Assembly: GCF_009914755.1 (NCBI RefSeq)
Contig: NC_060926.1
DNA length: 64,000 nucleotides
Direction: 5' to 3' (one strand)
From: the human T2T-CHM13v2.0 reference genome, Homo sapiens
Position numbers and translations under genes: made by a program. Numbering within the stretch: the stretch's first letter is position 1; the number at the start of each line of letters is the position of its first letter. The notes under the pieces are model-generated. The model was not told the DNA's origin. It searched no databases and saw only the letters and a program-made list of their open reading frames with translations. Below, in pieces: positions 13,455 to 28,897 of this stretch.

Positions 13455-14090
13455 TTAATTCAACAAATATTTATTAAGAGCATCCTCTATGCTTGACATT
13501 TTGTTTATCTTGGTAATAAAAATATGTGTAAACGAATTTTGTTATCAATACTTTTTCATGCATGACAGAGGCAGGCAAGTAAACATTAAGAATAAAATAC
13601 AATATGAAAAGATGAAAGAGGATTTAATCTGCCTAATGCAGTCAATTAGACCTCCTAGACCAGATGATAAAATGGTTGACCTTTTACCTGAAACATAGAC
13701 AACTCTCTCAGATGAGTAAGAGAACAAAAGGGATTGAAGCACAAAGGCAATTGAAAAGGTGCCATTCTAGAAATGGCAAAGGATAGAAAGATGGTAGGAA
13801 GGTGGGAAGAATTGAGATTCCACACTCTTGGCAAGCGTGAGGATTGTTTTTCATGCATGATGAAGCCTGAGAATCGTAGTCTTAGCACAATTCTATGTGC
13901 AACTCCATTGCTGTCACTCACTGGCTTGTCTGGAAAATGGGTGCAACAGGAGTTGCAGAGCTGAGACATGAAGAATAAGTGCCATGATCAGATTTGCCTA
14001 TCTGAAAGATCACTGTGAGGTTAGAATAACACAAGTGGTAAGGAAGCCGGTGACAGGAGTAGTTGACAGAAATTGTCCATTATGAGAGCT
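13455..14090 (-). mobile_element. L2 LINE 3' region, degraded
   Basis: ttaattcaacaaatatttattaagagc (antisense L2 tail) and later gtgccatgatcagatttgc...aaagatcact. Confidence 0.6.
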
Positions 14091-14989
14091 TCAATGAGAA
14101 GAACATTTATGTGTTTGTTTAAACTTTCAACACATTTTATTTATGATTGGTCCATATAAGATGTTGTTAGAATGGAAAAAAAAAGGCTTATTTTACATGA
14201 TTTGAAGAAAATTCTAAAGCCATCCACTTATTTATTAATTATATATTAATTTATTTATGGTTTTCTTAATGCTTATTACAAAGCTCATAAAATGTAATTT
14301 GGGAGATATTTTTTAAGGCTTCTATTATCCAGGGAATAATTTCCAGTTACTGTTATTAAAAATAATATGTTTATGTGTAATAGCAGCCAACATTTAGTGA
14401 ATTCTAACAAATTACGTCGAGGAATAAGCTAAACTCTTTGGCAATTAATGTTAGTTATTTTATGTTATTCTCATGTAATGATAAACCATAGTATTTTTTC
14501 AAGTAATATATGACTTCTAGTTTAATGTGCTACAATCATTATATCATAAATAGAAACTCAAGAATTAACACTTAAAAAGTCAGCATTTAAGGAATGAATG
14601 GATGCTTCTGAAAATTTTGCATTCTTGGAAGAAAAATACCCTCCAAGAAAACCTAACATTTTTCCAAAAAAAAAACCATTGTTTTTAAAACTAGGATTGT
14701 AGAAAGCATAAGAGTACAAAAATCAATAGTGGTAAACCAGCAATGGAAAAGAGTGCTGCTTGGAGGACACACGCTGAGGGGGGCACTATTCGAATGGCTG
14801 GATGTCTGAATGCCTGCAATCAGGCAGCAAAGCTAAGACTCTGCACAGTTATAGGTCACAGAGAAAATGCCCTTCTCCTTATGAAGTTGAAGCCAAAAGA
14901 GAGACATCTTCAGTGGGCAAATTATAGGGGATAGGAAACAGGTCACACATACATGAAAACATCACATATGAGAGAAGTAGAATTCACTG

Positions 14990-16010
<1,021 letters not shown>

Positions 16011-16791
16011 AAAGGTCTTGCTGTTATTTAAATTTTATCCACTGTAATTGCTATTTTTAAGCTACATCATTTATTTCTCAGAGAATGTAATTTATAATAT
16101 GTAATTTGTATCGTTTACCATGTTATTATTTTAGTGACATTTTTCAGAATTATTTTGATTAATTTAAGCATAGAAAGAAACCCTGAATTGTAATCACATC
16201 AGTTCTGATTTAGCCATGTGTCATGTTATACACTTGTAAAAATTCAAATTATTCATACGTACCTATTCTTCCAAAACAAAATTCTTTCCTCTTTCCATAC
16301 TCAAAGGAGAATTTTAACCAGAATAAATTTCTAGAAATTCATTATTATCATCTCATTATAGCAATTTCTCAATTTTTACAGTGATATCAAAAAATGATGT
16401 CATTGTAGCCAAATTACCATGTAACAACACTATGAAAACTCAGTTACACATCAATTCTGTAGAATGAAAATTAATGGTTAAATGTAGTACTAAGGAAGCT
16501 TGCTAGCAGAGCAAAAATGTAATGCTGATGTACTTTCATTCAACAACCAGTATTAGTTCTCATTTCATAATATTTACCTTAGAGATCTAAGTCACAATAT
16601 TTTCCTTGAGTGAGATTTTATTGTTAAACACACCGTAATGAGAAGTGTTGACATTTTATTGAAAACCACTCTATATTGCTAATCTGCTATGAATATTGCT
16701 ATGGCAGTAGGGAAAAATCTGTCAAAATGTGTTGGACTATGATCTGTCTGGATAAAAAAGAATAGCTTCTCATAGTTCAGGCTCTTACTTA

Positions 16792-17130
<339 letters not shown>

Positions 17131-18609
17131 AAAAGTAAAAAATGGGTTGTGTGTTTCACCTTAGTTCTTCTCTTGCCATTCCTACTAAATAGTAAAAAAT
17201 GGCTTTTCTGTTTCATCCTGTTCTTCTCCTCTTTGACTCCTTGATTCATCCTTTGGGTTCCTTCCTCCTGGAATCCTTTTTTGTCAGCGTTAATGTCTGA
17301 CTTCTGATGTGTACTCATTTTGTTGCTGTCCTCTTTCTGCATGATCTTTCTCATAGTTGGTAACTATATGTTTTAGTTTCCCAGGAATCTAGAAGTGTCC
17401 TATAAGTGGGTCCAAGTTTGTTCGTTATTATTCTTTTTCTACATATATTTAACTTGCAATGTCATCCACATGACATTGAGTTAATCGCTTAAATCATAGT
17501 TTGCATTTCTTTATGAAAATTTAGGCAGTTGAGCAAGATAAAGTATGAGATCGCATACAATTTAAATCCATTTACAGATTTTCAACAGTTTACTAATTCT
17601 ACACGGACTTTAAGAAACTGAAAAGCTGAGATAATTTATTTATTTGGGAAACATGGGTAAGTTATGTCAAGTTTGCAAATAGTTTTCCTTATTTTATATG
17701 GCCAATAAATTGATTCATTCACCTGTGCATGTCACTGTGTACAACAGACGCAGTCTCTGCCCTCAGATTTTACAGTTGAGAGTGGAATAAAAAGCTCCAA
17801 ATACAAATAAGTTCAAGTTTGTTGAGTGGAATGTCTAATTTGTTTTAAAAAATCAAGTATTTTATTCAAAGGTGGTGCTCTTGCTTTCTGCTGAAGTCGT
17901 GCCTAATTCCATGAAGAAGTATCTAAGATGTGTTTAGAAGAACAGAAAGACTATAAAACAGTCAAGAAGACCCAAGATAACATTAAAAGTAGAGAAAGTA
18001 GTCTAGTCAAAGCAAGCAGAAATGGGTTTAGGTACTGACTGGTAAGCCAGTTGGAATGGCTAGGGATGAAAGTATGAAACAGATAAGGACTCTAATGTGT
18101 GAGGCAGTTCATTTCATCCCCAGACATGTTACCTTAGGTGGTGAATGTCTGCAACTTACAAGGAAGGAAAGCAAGTTTTCATTGTTCATACCCATCCCAC
18201 ACTTTTCATTTCTACTGATACACCATTCAACGGGGCTTCTCTGCTCTTAATTCCTACTGAACACAGTTATGCTCTGTTTCTCAGTGATATGTAAGTGCCA
18301 AAAAAGGGAGGAGGGATTAAGTAACACTAGGGAATGTGGGCAATGTTACCAAATTTTGTTACCTTCTATTCCATACAGTAAAAAATTATTGAGGTCTATA
18401 TAAATGCTATAAAAAATAAAATTATAAATACTAAAACTCAAAATACAAACAAAACTTCCACAAAAAAAAACCAACAGTATCTCAAGACGTTCACAGCCTC
18501 CTAGAAGAAATAGCTCTGTGAGCATGATCATGATGCAAGTGATAAGTACTGAAACAATGGGGGTGCGTGGCCACAATAACCATTGGGACTTAAAGAAATT
18601 AAGACATTT

Positions 18610-18913
<304 letters not shown>

Positions 18914-19520
18914 TCAAGACATTTAAATATATTTTTAATTCTGATTTATAATTCAGTCTTTAAAAATCTGCTATACAATGGAATTTCATTTTATTAAAAT
19001 TCTGGCCAAAATAACCTTTGGCTCAGAATTGGTCATTACTTAAAATAAATGCAAAAAAAAAAAAAAGGAAGCTGATTCATTACAAAGTCAAATTAAAATA
19101 TATCATAATCATTTGTCAGTATAAGATTGAGAGTTAGTTTTCTTTTAGGCTAGAGTTTTTAACAGAAAAGTCATATTTTTGATGCTGAACCTGTTTCACT
19201 GACATAATGGAAGGAAATTTTTGCACTGCTTTCCATTTATTTGAGCATTTCTCCATTCATCCATTCCCCAAATATATTGAGTATCCACCGTGTGTGATGC
19301 ACCATCTTTCATCCTAAGATTAATGAAACAGTGTATACACAGCACATGTTTCAGAAAACTGTAATTTTCATATGAAATATTCGGCAAAATTTTAGTTTCA
19401 TTAAATTATTTATTTTAATAATTCAAGCAAACAAAATCCAAAGCTGTTCTAGTTATTGATATGCTTTGTTTAAAATCACATAAAATAACGTGGGGTAATT
19501 ACTTTGTCTTATTTCCTGTT

Positions 19521-19735
19521 AATAAGTAATTTATTGAGTGTTAGGTGCCAATGTTCTAGGTACTTTTCGTATTTAGACTCATTTAATGCTCAAATCCTCT
19601 TTGAAACAGGTCTATAGTTATCAGGATTTTACAGATGAAGAAAGTAGAGTTACAAGCATTTAGTTTGCTTGTGTCATACAACACAGCTGATCAGTATTAA
19701 GCTGTGCTAAATCCCAACCACTCTGAGCTGGACAC
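19521..19735 (-). mobile_element. MIR SINE
   Basis: atttattgagtg...ctcatttaatgctca...ttttacagatgaagaaa...acacagct. Confidence 0.75.
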
Positions 19736-19787
19736 AGCTCTTTGGATTCTGCTGCATTCAAGTATTTTGCACTCAAAAATATTTGCA

Positions 19788-19997
19788 GGACCAGCCTGGG
19801 TAACATGGCAGGATCCATCTCTACAAAAAAGACAAAAACTAACCAGGCATAGTGGTGCGTGCCTATAGTCCCAGTTACTCTGGAGGCTGAGTTGGGAGGA
19901 TCCCCTGAACCCAGGAAGTCAAGGCTACGGTGATCCTGTCACTGCATTCCAGCCTGAGTGACAGAGCAAGACTCTGTCTCAAAAAAAAAAAAAAAAA
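19788..19997 (+). mobile_element. 5'-truncated AluJ
   Basis: gaccagcctgggtaacatgg...gggaggatcccctgaacccaggaagtcaaggct...gactctgtctc plus poly-A; J-type right arm. Confidence 0.9.
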
Positions 19998-22152
19998 TTA
20001 CTGTTTACTCCTTGTTTCCAACATGTCTTTCGGTGAAAGGGGTACTCATTAAATTCCTAACGTGTGGCCAGCTCGGTGCTACGCCTGTCACAAAAACTCA
20101 TTGCAACCCCTCCATCCAGCTTCCCCAAGTGCCGTGAGCTAAACCGGGATTGTTCCAGGACGGTGAGTTTTCATCTCCCAAACAAACGGTCAGCGTCTCT
20201 TGCTTTGAACCTTTGTGTGTCTCTCTATTTGCTCTCTAGCTATAGTGAAGTAAAAATTCACAACCACCACAAGACTTTCTTTATGTTTTTTATTTTATTA
20301 TTTTTTAATGAACATGTCGCCTCACACTTTTGTGTTTATCTTAAAATGGCCCTAATATACAACTTCTTTACTAGGTCTCATTATATATACACTGAAGGTT
20401 ATTTTTCCTGGAGAGAGACAAATAAGAATAATTAGAAATGAGGTCAACTAAATTGTAGTCTATGCAACATAAAATCTTCCATGTTTTTTCCTCCCTAACA
20501 AAATACTATTCAAAATGCAAGTGTGTCTGTAACCTCAGAGATTAATAATTTTTTTTCTTTGATTGTTTGTTGTGGTTGCTTTTATTCAAGTAATGAAAAC
20601 AGAACAAAGCTGCCTATGTTCAAACAGCAGTGATTTCATAGTCTTTACAGATATTGTCTGAATCTAATTGGATTTTAATGAAATGATATTTCCTTTGTGA
20701 TAAGTACATAAAAATTATGTTTTTAATTAACATCACAAGGTATAAGCTATAGATACCAAGTTTCAACAGAAGTAATATTACTTTAATGTTTTCTTCATTT
20801 TAAAAAAAGACAGAAGTAGTAACAACTACTAGGAAAAATGAGTGAATCAAATGGGCAATGATTAGTGATTGGGCCTTCTTATCCTAGAATTTTGACACAT
20901 TGGTAATGTCCATTTCCTTTTACATTAAAAATCTTATTAGTTGGTTTTGTTTTGAAAGACTTTCTAAAGTTTTTGTTTCATCTTTGTTATTCAGTTTTGA
21001 CAGTGTTTGCATAGGATTGCAAATAAGCTCAGTTCACACTTTAATAAAATCATTTCAAGCAATGTTCATTATTTGTATTGAACCCTAAAAAGAAAGCAAA
21101 ACGAATTTGTAACACAGGAAAGGATATTTGTGAAATGTACCCCATTTTTCACATGAAATGTTACCTATTAGACTCAGAAAAGGATTATTTGATTCCCAGG
21201 AAACATATGTGAGGAGGGATTGGTATTTAGAAGACACAGGAGTAAATAGGAAAAGAGATTTGTCTGTATAGTTTCAAAAATGACATTAAAAAAACCTGTG
21301 AAGGGAAACAAAAAACAAATTGTAGCAAATCAAGCTCTGTCAGTCCTGTTGACCTGTCAACTTAAGATAGATTGTGCTGCTTCTGTTAGTTATTAATTAT
21401 ATTTCCATTACCTATCGGTAACTTGTATTAGAGATCTATACAGAGTGATCTATGCATTTGGTTGCTTACTAATTAACAAACTGATCATACTGCTTTATGA
21501 TAATTGATTATAGACTTCTTTTCAAATTTTACCTCTTTTCATTGTATGTATGTGTATTTTATTAATAATTTTCAAAATATATTCTCGGATTTAGTTAAGC
21601 AGTAGTGCTCTTTAAAACATAAAAGTGGTTCCCGTGTAAGCGGCATATCAAAATGTGAAAGTTTCCTCATGAAAGTTGGATGAAAAGTGTGCCTCCTATT
21701 CTACAGCCCCAAACAGATGGTAGTCTGATTAACTCTTCCTGGTTTAACAATTCTTCTCACTCAGTGTCTAAACCATTTGAAGAAAACTAAGTGAACATGT
21801 GCAATCAGGACTTATCATGAGCATCCATAAGGCTAAAAGCCTAAAATTTTCAATTAAAGGAGACTTTCCAAATTTCTCAATCCAATGAGAATATTTGTGT
21901 GTTCCTTCACTAGTCACAACTAATCTACTTTAAAAGATTCTCAAATGTGAAAGAATAAAATAGATACATGACATGACTCACATTCAAACAATGCAAATCG
22001 TGAAGTTCAAAATTTTATCATTGGATATTTCAACTAAATATTTCTTCGCAAATAAGTATATTTGCACTTTAATTTTTTTCTTTAGCCTTCTTAAACAGTT
22101 GACATTCTATAAACATGCCCATGTGGTGTAAGTTATTTTGTTTGATTGTAGT

Positions 22153-22616
22153 TTTTTTTAAATTAAGGTATAATCTACATGAGAAAATTACACGAATCTT
22201 AAATAAACAGCTTGATTAATTTTAATGTATTTCTATATCTGTGTAACCACCTATCAGATCAAGATAGAGAATACTTCCAATAACATTGAAGGGTTCTTAT
22301 TGCCTATTCTCAATTAGTAGCTCCCAAGAATAACAAGTATTCTTAGCACTATCATCATTATTAGTTTCACCTTTTGTGAAAATTCCTATAAATGGTCTAA
22401 CAAATACTGTTTTTGCATCTAACCTCTGCCACTCAGCGTTGTGTCTGAGATCCGTGTGTCAATAATCTACTATTTTTCATTGCTATGCAGAGTTTCAACT
22501 TATGAACATGCTATCATCAGTTTTCCCATTCTACTTCCAATGAACACTTAGAGTATTTAAAGTTTTTGTCTATTTTGAATAAAGTTGTTTTTAATATTTT
22601 CATACAAGTTTTGTGA
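22153..22616 (-). mobile_element. L1ME-type 3' UTR fragment
   Basis: aggtataatctaca...tgtgtaaccacc..cagatcaagatagagaa...cctataaatgg...ttttcattgct...ttttgaataaagttg. Confidence 0.75.
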
Positions 22617-22699
22617 TAGAAAGGAATACTCAACTATATGCCAGTGGAACTGTGGTTATGGAGTCATAGGGAAGCTCAAAGGGCCAGCCAGATAAGAAT

Positions 22700-22806
22700 C
22701 ATGAGGGAGAAGAAAGGGAGAATGGGAGGAAGGAGAGCAGAAGTAGAACTAAGAGAAGAAGGAAGAAGAGAAGGGAGAAAGAGGAAGAGGAAGAAGGAAG
22801 GAGAAC
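22700..22806. repeat. GA-rich low-complexity (polypurine) tract
   Basis: gagaagaaagggagaatgggaggaagg...gaggaagaggaagaaggaag. Confidence 0.8.
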
Positions 22807-23327
22807 AGGTGTCTGCAGCAGCAGCCTGCGCTGAAGGTGATGGGCAGGGTGCCACTTCCCTGCAGGAAACAGAGAACAGCTCACTGAGATGTGTGGACTA
22901 AGCTCAGGGTATCTGTGGAGGTGAAGCAGAAACACAAACCACCTGTGAAGTTAACACTCGGGGAGTGTGTCCTAAAGTCATGGGTACAAACCAGCATTAC
23001 TGGCAAATGGAGATGCTCTGTGGAAGAAAACAGCCCCAATGCAGGCCTTTGCAATTCTCAGATAATAAAAAAAATGAACCTCCAATTTTTAAAAGTATAA
23101 TAACAGTACCAAACCTTCAAAGAAATAAGTGACCAAAAGTAAGAATGAGAAAAAAACACAAATAACAAAAATAGAATCCTGAGGAATTCAGATATTAAAA
23201 TCACTCAATATAAAAGATAAAATAACTATACATGGAATGTTTAAAATGTGGACACACAAGTTTACTATAACTTTTAAGGCAAAAATATAGTGTCTAAAAA
23301 CAAATTTATACACAATACACGGGAATA

Positions 23328-23900
23328 GATTGCTGGTTGGAATGTAAAATGGCTCAGCCACAGAGGAATGCAGCCTCATAGCATTAGAATTAAACATGCA
23401 CCCACTTCATGACCCAGCCATGCCAATTCTGTCTTTACGCCTGAGAAATGAAAACTTAATGCTCACTCAAATTCCTATTTGCCAATGTGCATAACAACTT
23501 CATAAAACTGCCAAAAAACTGGAAACAACAAAGTCATCTATCAACTGTTGTGTGGACCCCCCCCAAAAAAAAAGAAGTCTGTCCATCCAAGGGAATATTA
23601 CTCAGCAATGTAAAAGAAATGGCTCTTGATAGTTCAACAACAGCTGAAGCTCAAAGGCATTACTCTAAGTGAAAAGTTTCCCTCAAAAGTGTAAAAACTG
23701 GACAAGTCCATAATATGAAAAGCTAAAAAAGGCAAAGTTACAGAGACACAAAACAGATTGACATCAACAGGGGCTGAGGCTGGGGAGAGGGTCAGAGAAA
23801 ATTTCTTTAAATAGTTATGAAAACATTTAATATTTATATTATGGTGGTGGCTGCAATTGTGGAACACAATTTGTGTATTTTTCATAGAAATAACATAGAT
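23328..23900 (+). mobile_element. L1MC/L1MD-type 3' fragment
   Basis: attgctggttggaatgtaaaatgg...atgacccagc...aactggaaacaac...tattactcagcaat...aaaggcaaagttacagagac. Confidence 0.75.
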
Positions 23901-24134
23901 TTTAACATAAATGAATTAAAACAGGAGAAGTATTACCATCATAATACATATAACCAAATCATTTGATATTTTTCAACATGTACTCGTGATATAAACATTT
24001 ATCATAAAGGCCTGTAGGGAAACTTCCTTCACTTAATGAAAGTATCTTATAAAAAATAAAGTATAAAATAAAGTCATATACAGCAATGACTGTAAATGTG
24101 GAAATATTAGAAGCATTCTCTTTAAAAAAAAGAC

Positions 24135-26022
24135 TCTTTAAAAGAATAAGAAACATTGAGAGCACAAAAAGGCAAGCCACAGACTCGGAGAAAATATTTG
24201 CATATGACATATCTGATAGAGTTTTGTTATTCATAATATATGAAGAATTAAAATTGAACAATAAGAAAACTACCTGTTTAAAAAATGGACCAAAGCCTAC
24301 AGAATGGAAGAAAATTTTTGTAAACTATGCATCTGACAAAGGTCTAATATTTAGCTTCTATATGGAACTTAAAGAAATTTACAAGAAAAAGCAAACGATC
24401 TCATTAGCAGGTGGGCAAAGGACATGAACAGACACTTTTCTAAGGAAGATGTACATGTGGCCAAAAGTCATATGATAAAAAGCTCAGCAACCCTGATCAT
24501 TAGAGAAATGCAAATCAAAACCACAATGACATACCATCTAACACCAGTCAGAATGACTATTATTAAAAAGTAAAAAAATAACAGATGCTGGTGAGATTGA
24601 AAAGGAAACACTTATACATGGTCAACCATTTTGGAAGACAGTGTGGTGATTCCTCAAAGGCCTAAAAACAAAAATACCATTTGACCCAGCACTCTCATTA
24701 CTGGGTGTATATGCAAAGGAATATCAGTCGTTCTGTCATAAATACACATACATTCATATGTTTATTGCAGCACTATTCACAGCAGCAGAGATATGAAATC
24801 AACCTAGGTACCCATCAATGGTAGAGTAGACAAAGAAAATGTGGTCCGTATACACTATGGAATACTATGTGGTCACAAAAAAGACAAGATTATGTCCTTT
24901 GCAGGAACATGGATGGAGCTGGAGGCCATTATCCTTAGCAAACTAACGCAGGAACAGAAAATGAAATACTGCATTTTCTCACTTATACGTGGGACCTAAA
25001 TGATGAGAATGCATGGACACATAGGGGGCAGTAACACACACTGGGGCCTATCAGAGGGTGGAAGGTGGGAGGAGAGAGGTCAGGAAAAATGACTAATGGG
25101 TATTAGGCTTAATACCTGGGCGATGAAATAATCTGTACAACAAACCATCATATTACAAGTTTACCTATATAGCGAACTTGCACATGTACCCCTGAACTTA
25201 AATTAAAAAGAAACAGATAAAAACTACTGTAATACAAATAGAAAATGAAAAAATGGCCCAAGGACCTTAAAAGACACTTCGCCATAGAACATATACAAAT
25301 GGCAAATAAGCATCTGAAAAGAACCTTCACATCATATTTCATCAGAGAAACACAAACTAGAAGAACACTGCAATACCTCTATCCACCTATTAAAATGCCC
25401 CAGATCTGAAACACTGACACCAGTGAATGCTGGTGAGAAGGTGGAGCAACTGGAACTCTACTTCATTGCTGGTGGAAATGCAAAGTGTACAGTCACTTTG
25501 GAAAACAGTTTGGCGGTTTCTTACAAAATTAAACATGCTTTAAACATAGAATCCAGCAACTACACTCCTTAGTATTTACCCAAAGCACTTGAAAGTGTAG
25601 GCCCTCAAAAATTCTTCACATAGGTGTTAATAGCAGGTTTATTTATAATTACTCAAACTAGAAACAGTGAAAATATCAGTAGCTGGCAAGGATTGGGGGC
25701 AGCGAAGGTTGAATAGGCAGAGTGCAGAGGATTTTTAAGGCAGTGAAAAACTCTGTATATACCATAATGATAGATCTACGTCAGTAGACATTTTTCCAGA
25801 CCCGTTGAATGTACAACACCAGAAGTGAACTCGAATGTGAATTAAGGACTCTGGGTGATAATAATGTGTCACTGTAGGTTCGTCGAGTATAACAAATACA
25901 CCACTCTGGTGGAGGATATTGATAGTAGGGTAGGCTGTGCAGGTCGGGGCAGGAGTTTATAGGAAATCTCTGTAACTCTTTCTCAGTTTTGCTGTGAACC
26001 AAAAATTGCTTTAAAAAATAAG
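24135..26022 (+). mobile_element. L1MC1-like element (split by younger L1PA; internal deletion near 25665)
   Basis: ggcaagccacagactcggagaaaatatttgca...; 3'UTR gaatgtacaacacc...ggactctgggtgataataatgtgtca...gaaatctctgta...ttttgctgtgaacc. Confidence 0.82.
24296..25247 (+). mobile_element. 5'-truncated L1PA (L1PA12/13-like), TSD aaaaaatgg(a/c)ccaa(a/g)g
   Basis: ORF2 C-terminus (cctacagaatggaagaaaatttttg) and 3'UTR ggtattaggcttaatacctggg.gatgaaataatctgtacaacaaacc...gtacccctgaacttaaa; TSD at 24280-24295 and 25248-25263. Confidence 0.9.
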
Positions 26023-27619
26023 GTAGAAAAGTAAAAAAAGAATAGGAAATGGGCAACCTCTTCTATTTAACATCTAAACATATGTCCTAGAAAGCAGAGG
26101 GAGAAATGGAAAGAAATGAGATGTATAAGGATTAGAAGGAATGAGGGGGAAAGTCATTATCCAGAAATTGTGCTGTAATCTACACAGATAAGCCCAAATA
26201 ATACACAGATTATTATAATTAATATTAAAATATAGCTCATGAGCTCAGTACATGATCTGTAAAAAAGTATATTGTCTTGTTATATATTTGTTTTGAGAGG
26301 CAAAAGGACTTTTGCAATTCACTGCTTTAGAAATATAAAAATAGGTACACTGCTTCAAGATGAAAAGTCCAGAAAATATATTTAATTAATTGACAGATTC
26401 ATCTATTTATTAATGCCATTCAAATCCAAATATTTGTAAGCCAACTTGATTATAAAATAGCAATGCAAATAGGTCCTTATATTACTCAGTTTCTCTTTGA
26501 AACATGCACGCTGTGAAGCAGGGTTGAGCTGTGATCTGTATAAGCAGCAGGCATTTATGGAGAGGAAAGAATAAGATAACTGCCTACAGACTCTGAGTCA
26601 GTATGGCCAATGCTTTCACAAATTAAATTAAATAGCTGCAAGCCTCACTTTAATATCCCTTTAAGAGTCAAAAATACCGAAGCCTAATTTTTATATGGCT
26701 GTTTTCTCAAATAAAATTTTAATCTCTTATCAATACTCATTTCTTTCTTGACAAAAATTTTTACAAGCTGTTGATGTAGCATTTCTTGGGCATAGTGTTT
26801 TCAAAGGGAAAGCGAGTTATAAAAAATGAAAAATAGCTTTGGTTAATAAAGCATGCCCAAAGCCCTGAAACATTATAAGTAAACCTATTTCCCAAAATGT
26901 TCATAAAACAAGGTGGATACAAATAATTAGAACCATATAGTGAAATACCCCACCTGTCTTGCTAATGGTAGTGATGACTACTAAAATATACCTTTGCTTA
27001 ATCAGATAATGTAATGCAGAGATCAAAACCTGGTGTCAAGAAATAGATTTTAAAATGAAACTACGTCTCTTTGGAAAACAGTAAACTATGCAAAGGAATA
27101 TATTGGAGGAATGCTGCTGGCATCTTAAGAGAACTAAGAGGCAATGTTATCACTCGTAAAATAACAGGAACAGCAGAAAGTTAAAGGGATTGCAAACTTC
27201 AAATAATCACTTGTTGTATGAATTGCAGAGGTGTGCATCACCAGGAAAACATTTATGCTGGGAAATCCTTTGGTTTCGTAAAATGAGTAATTTGAATTTG
27301 AACAAACCACTTTTTGAGGATTTTGGAATGGATTTTATGGCTTACTTAGAATCATCACTCATGATTTGTGATTTTGAAAGAGGCCCTGAAACTCCTTGGC
27401 TTGATATCCATGGTCTTCCATTTTCAAATTCAACTCAACCTGTTTGTTCCACCTCTCAGTTTCTCTGAATTAGCTCTTATTCCTCAATGGTTGTGTTGAT
27501 TTTTCTCCTTAGAGCTGGAACATACTGTTCCAATTTCTGATCGGATTTTGCCTTCAAAGTTTCAGGCAAGGTCAAGTTCTACTCCTTGTTGTCTTTTCAC
27601 CGACTTTTTATGTTCTCCC

Positions 27620-27880
27620 TACATGCAAAATATATTGATGACCTACTATCCACAAAGCACTGTCCTGGACCCTGGGGAGACAGCCTTAGTCAAAAGAGAG
27701 ATAATTCCTATTTTAAGTATCATATTGGCTAGTGGAAGAGAAAACGAACACATAAACAAAAATATCTGCATAACAGGTCAGCGGAGGAGAGCATGGGGAA
27801 AAGTAAAGCAGGAGATGAGATGGGAGGTATGGGAAGCTCTGCCCTGTAGAGTCTTTGGGGCCATTATAAAGACTTTGGCC
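27620..27880 (-). mobile_element. L2 fragment
   Basis: aaatatattgatgacctactat...gcactgtcctgg...ggccattataaagactttggc. Confidence 0.65.
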
Positions 27881-28751
27881 ATTGGGCATCCCTTATTACA
27901 CATTTTTAAAAATTGCTGACAGAATTTCTCATAATTCAATTACTTCATTTTCCTTATTTCCCTCTAACATTTAATTGCACACAATAGATTCATGAGGTCT
28001 AATAAGTTTGAGATAACTCCAAAAGTATTACAAATGACAAAGACTGAATAACATGATTGACTTCTCAGAAATTCAAACCAAAATGATAAAATATAATTTC
28101 CAATTATTAAATTAGCTAGGATGTTTTCATTAGAGAGATCCTAGGTTTGAATAGTAACCAATGAAAAAAATAATGTGTGCATTTGGGGTAGGAATATGGA
28201 TTGATACAGCCTTTCTAAAGTGGAAATTATTTTTAAAGGAAGCAATATTCTTTTTCTAAAAAAATTTATAAACTGTTCCAAACTTTTATTCGCTTTGAAT
28301 CCTTTCTAGGCATACAATGTAGGCTAGGGTTTATCACACAAGATATTTATTACTGATTATTTAATGAAAAAAATTGGGAAACTAAATGGCTGTAGTCAGT
28401 TAAATAATTACTTAAAGAGGAAATTAAATAATAAGCATCCTCTAGATATGTCAATTCTGATTCAAAGAAAATAAAAAAGACCTTCTGAAGGAAACTAAAA
28501 TACAATGTTAATAGAAATTATTAAGAAATCATCTTACACCTCCCTAGATGAGAGAACTGGAGTTGAAAACATGGCCATCCAACTAGACACCACTTTCCAG
28601 TAAGCTTTGCAAGCAAGGTGTTGCTATATGACCAACTTCTGGCCAATGATTTGTGAATGGAAGTGATCATTGACGCTTCTCTTAACAGGAATCAACCTAT
28701 CTTTTCCCTGTTCTTTCCTCTCGTCCTGCTTCCTGAAATGAACACCTCCTG

Positions 28752-28897
28752 GCATAGAGTGTGAAATAATAGACAATGGAGACTTGGAAGGGTCTGAGAG
28801 TGGGAGGGTGCAGATGAAAGGAAATTGTTTAATGGCTACAATGTATGTTATTCAGGTGACTGATACACTAAAAGCCATGTAACAAAATTAAACTTGT
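28752..28897 (+). mobile_element. L1PB4-like 3'UTR fragment
   Basis: gaaataatagacaatggagacttggaagggt...ttaatggctacaatgtatgttattcaggtgactgatacactaaaagcc..atgtaacaaaa. Confidence 0.8.

Larger units (their letters stand above)
23910..26480 (+). mobile_element. Old L1M ORF2 fragment (23910-24125 and 26040-26480) acting as host for nested L1s
   Basis: ...atattagaagcattctcttta resumes as cctcttctatttaacat...gtcctag, matching L1 ORF2 order. Confidence 0.5.

Noticed and set aside
22638-22935. Charged or hydrophobic ORFs on both strands
   Set aside because: Products of a GA-rich low-complexity tract.
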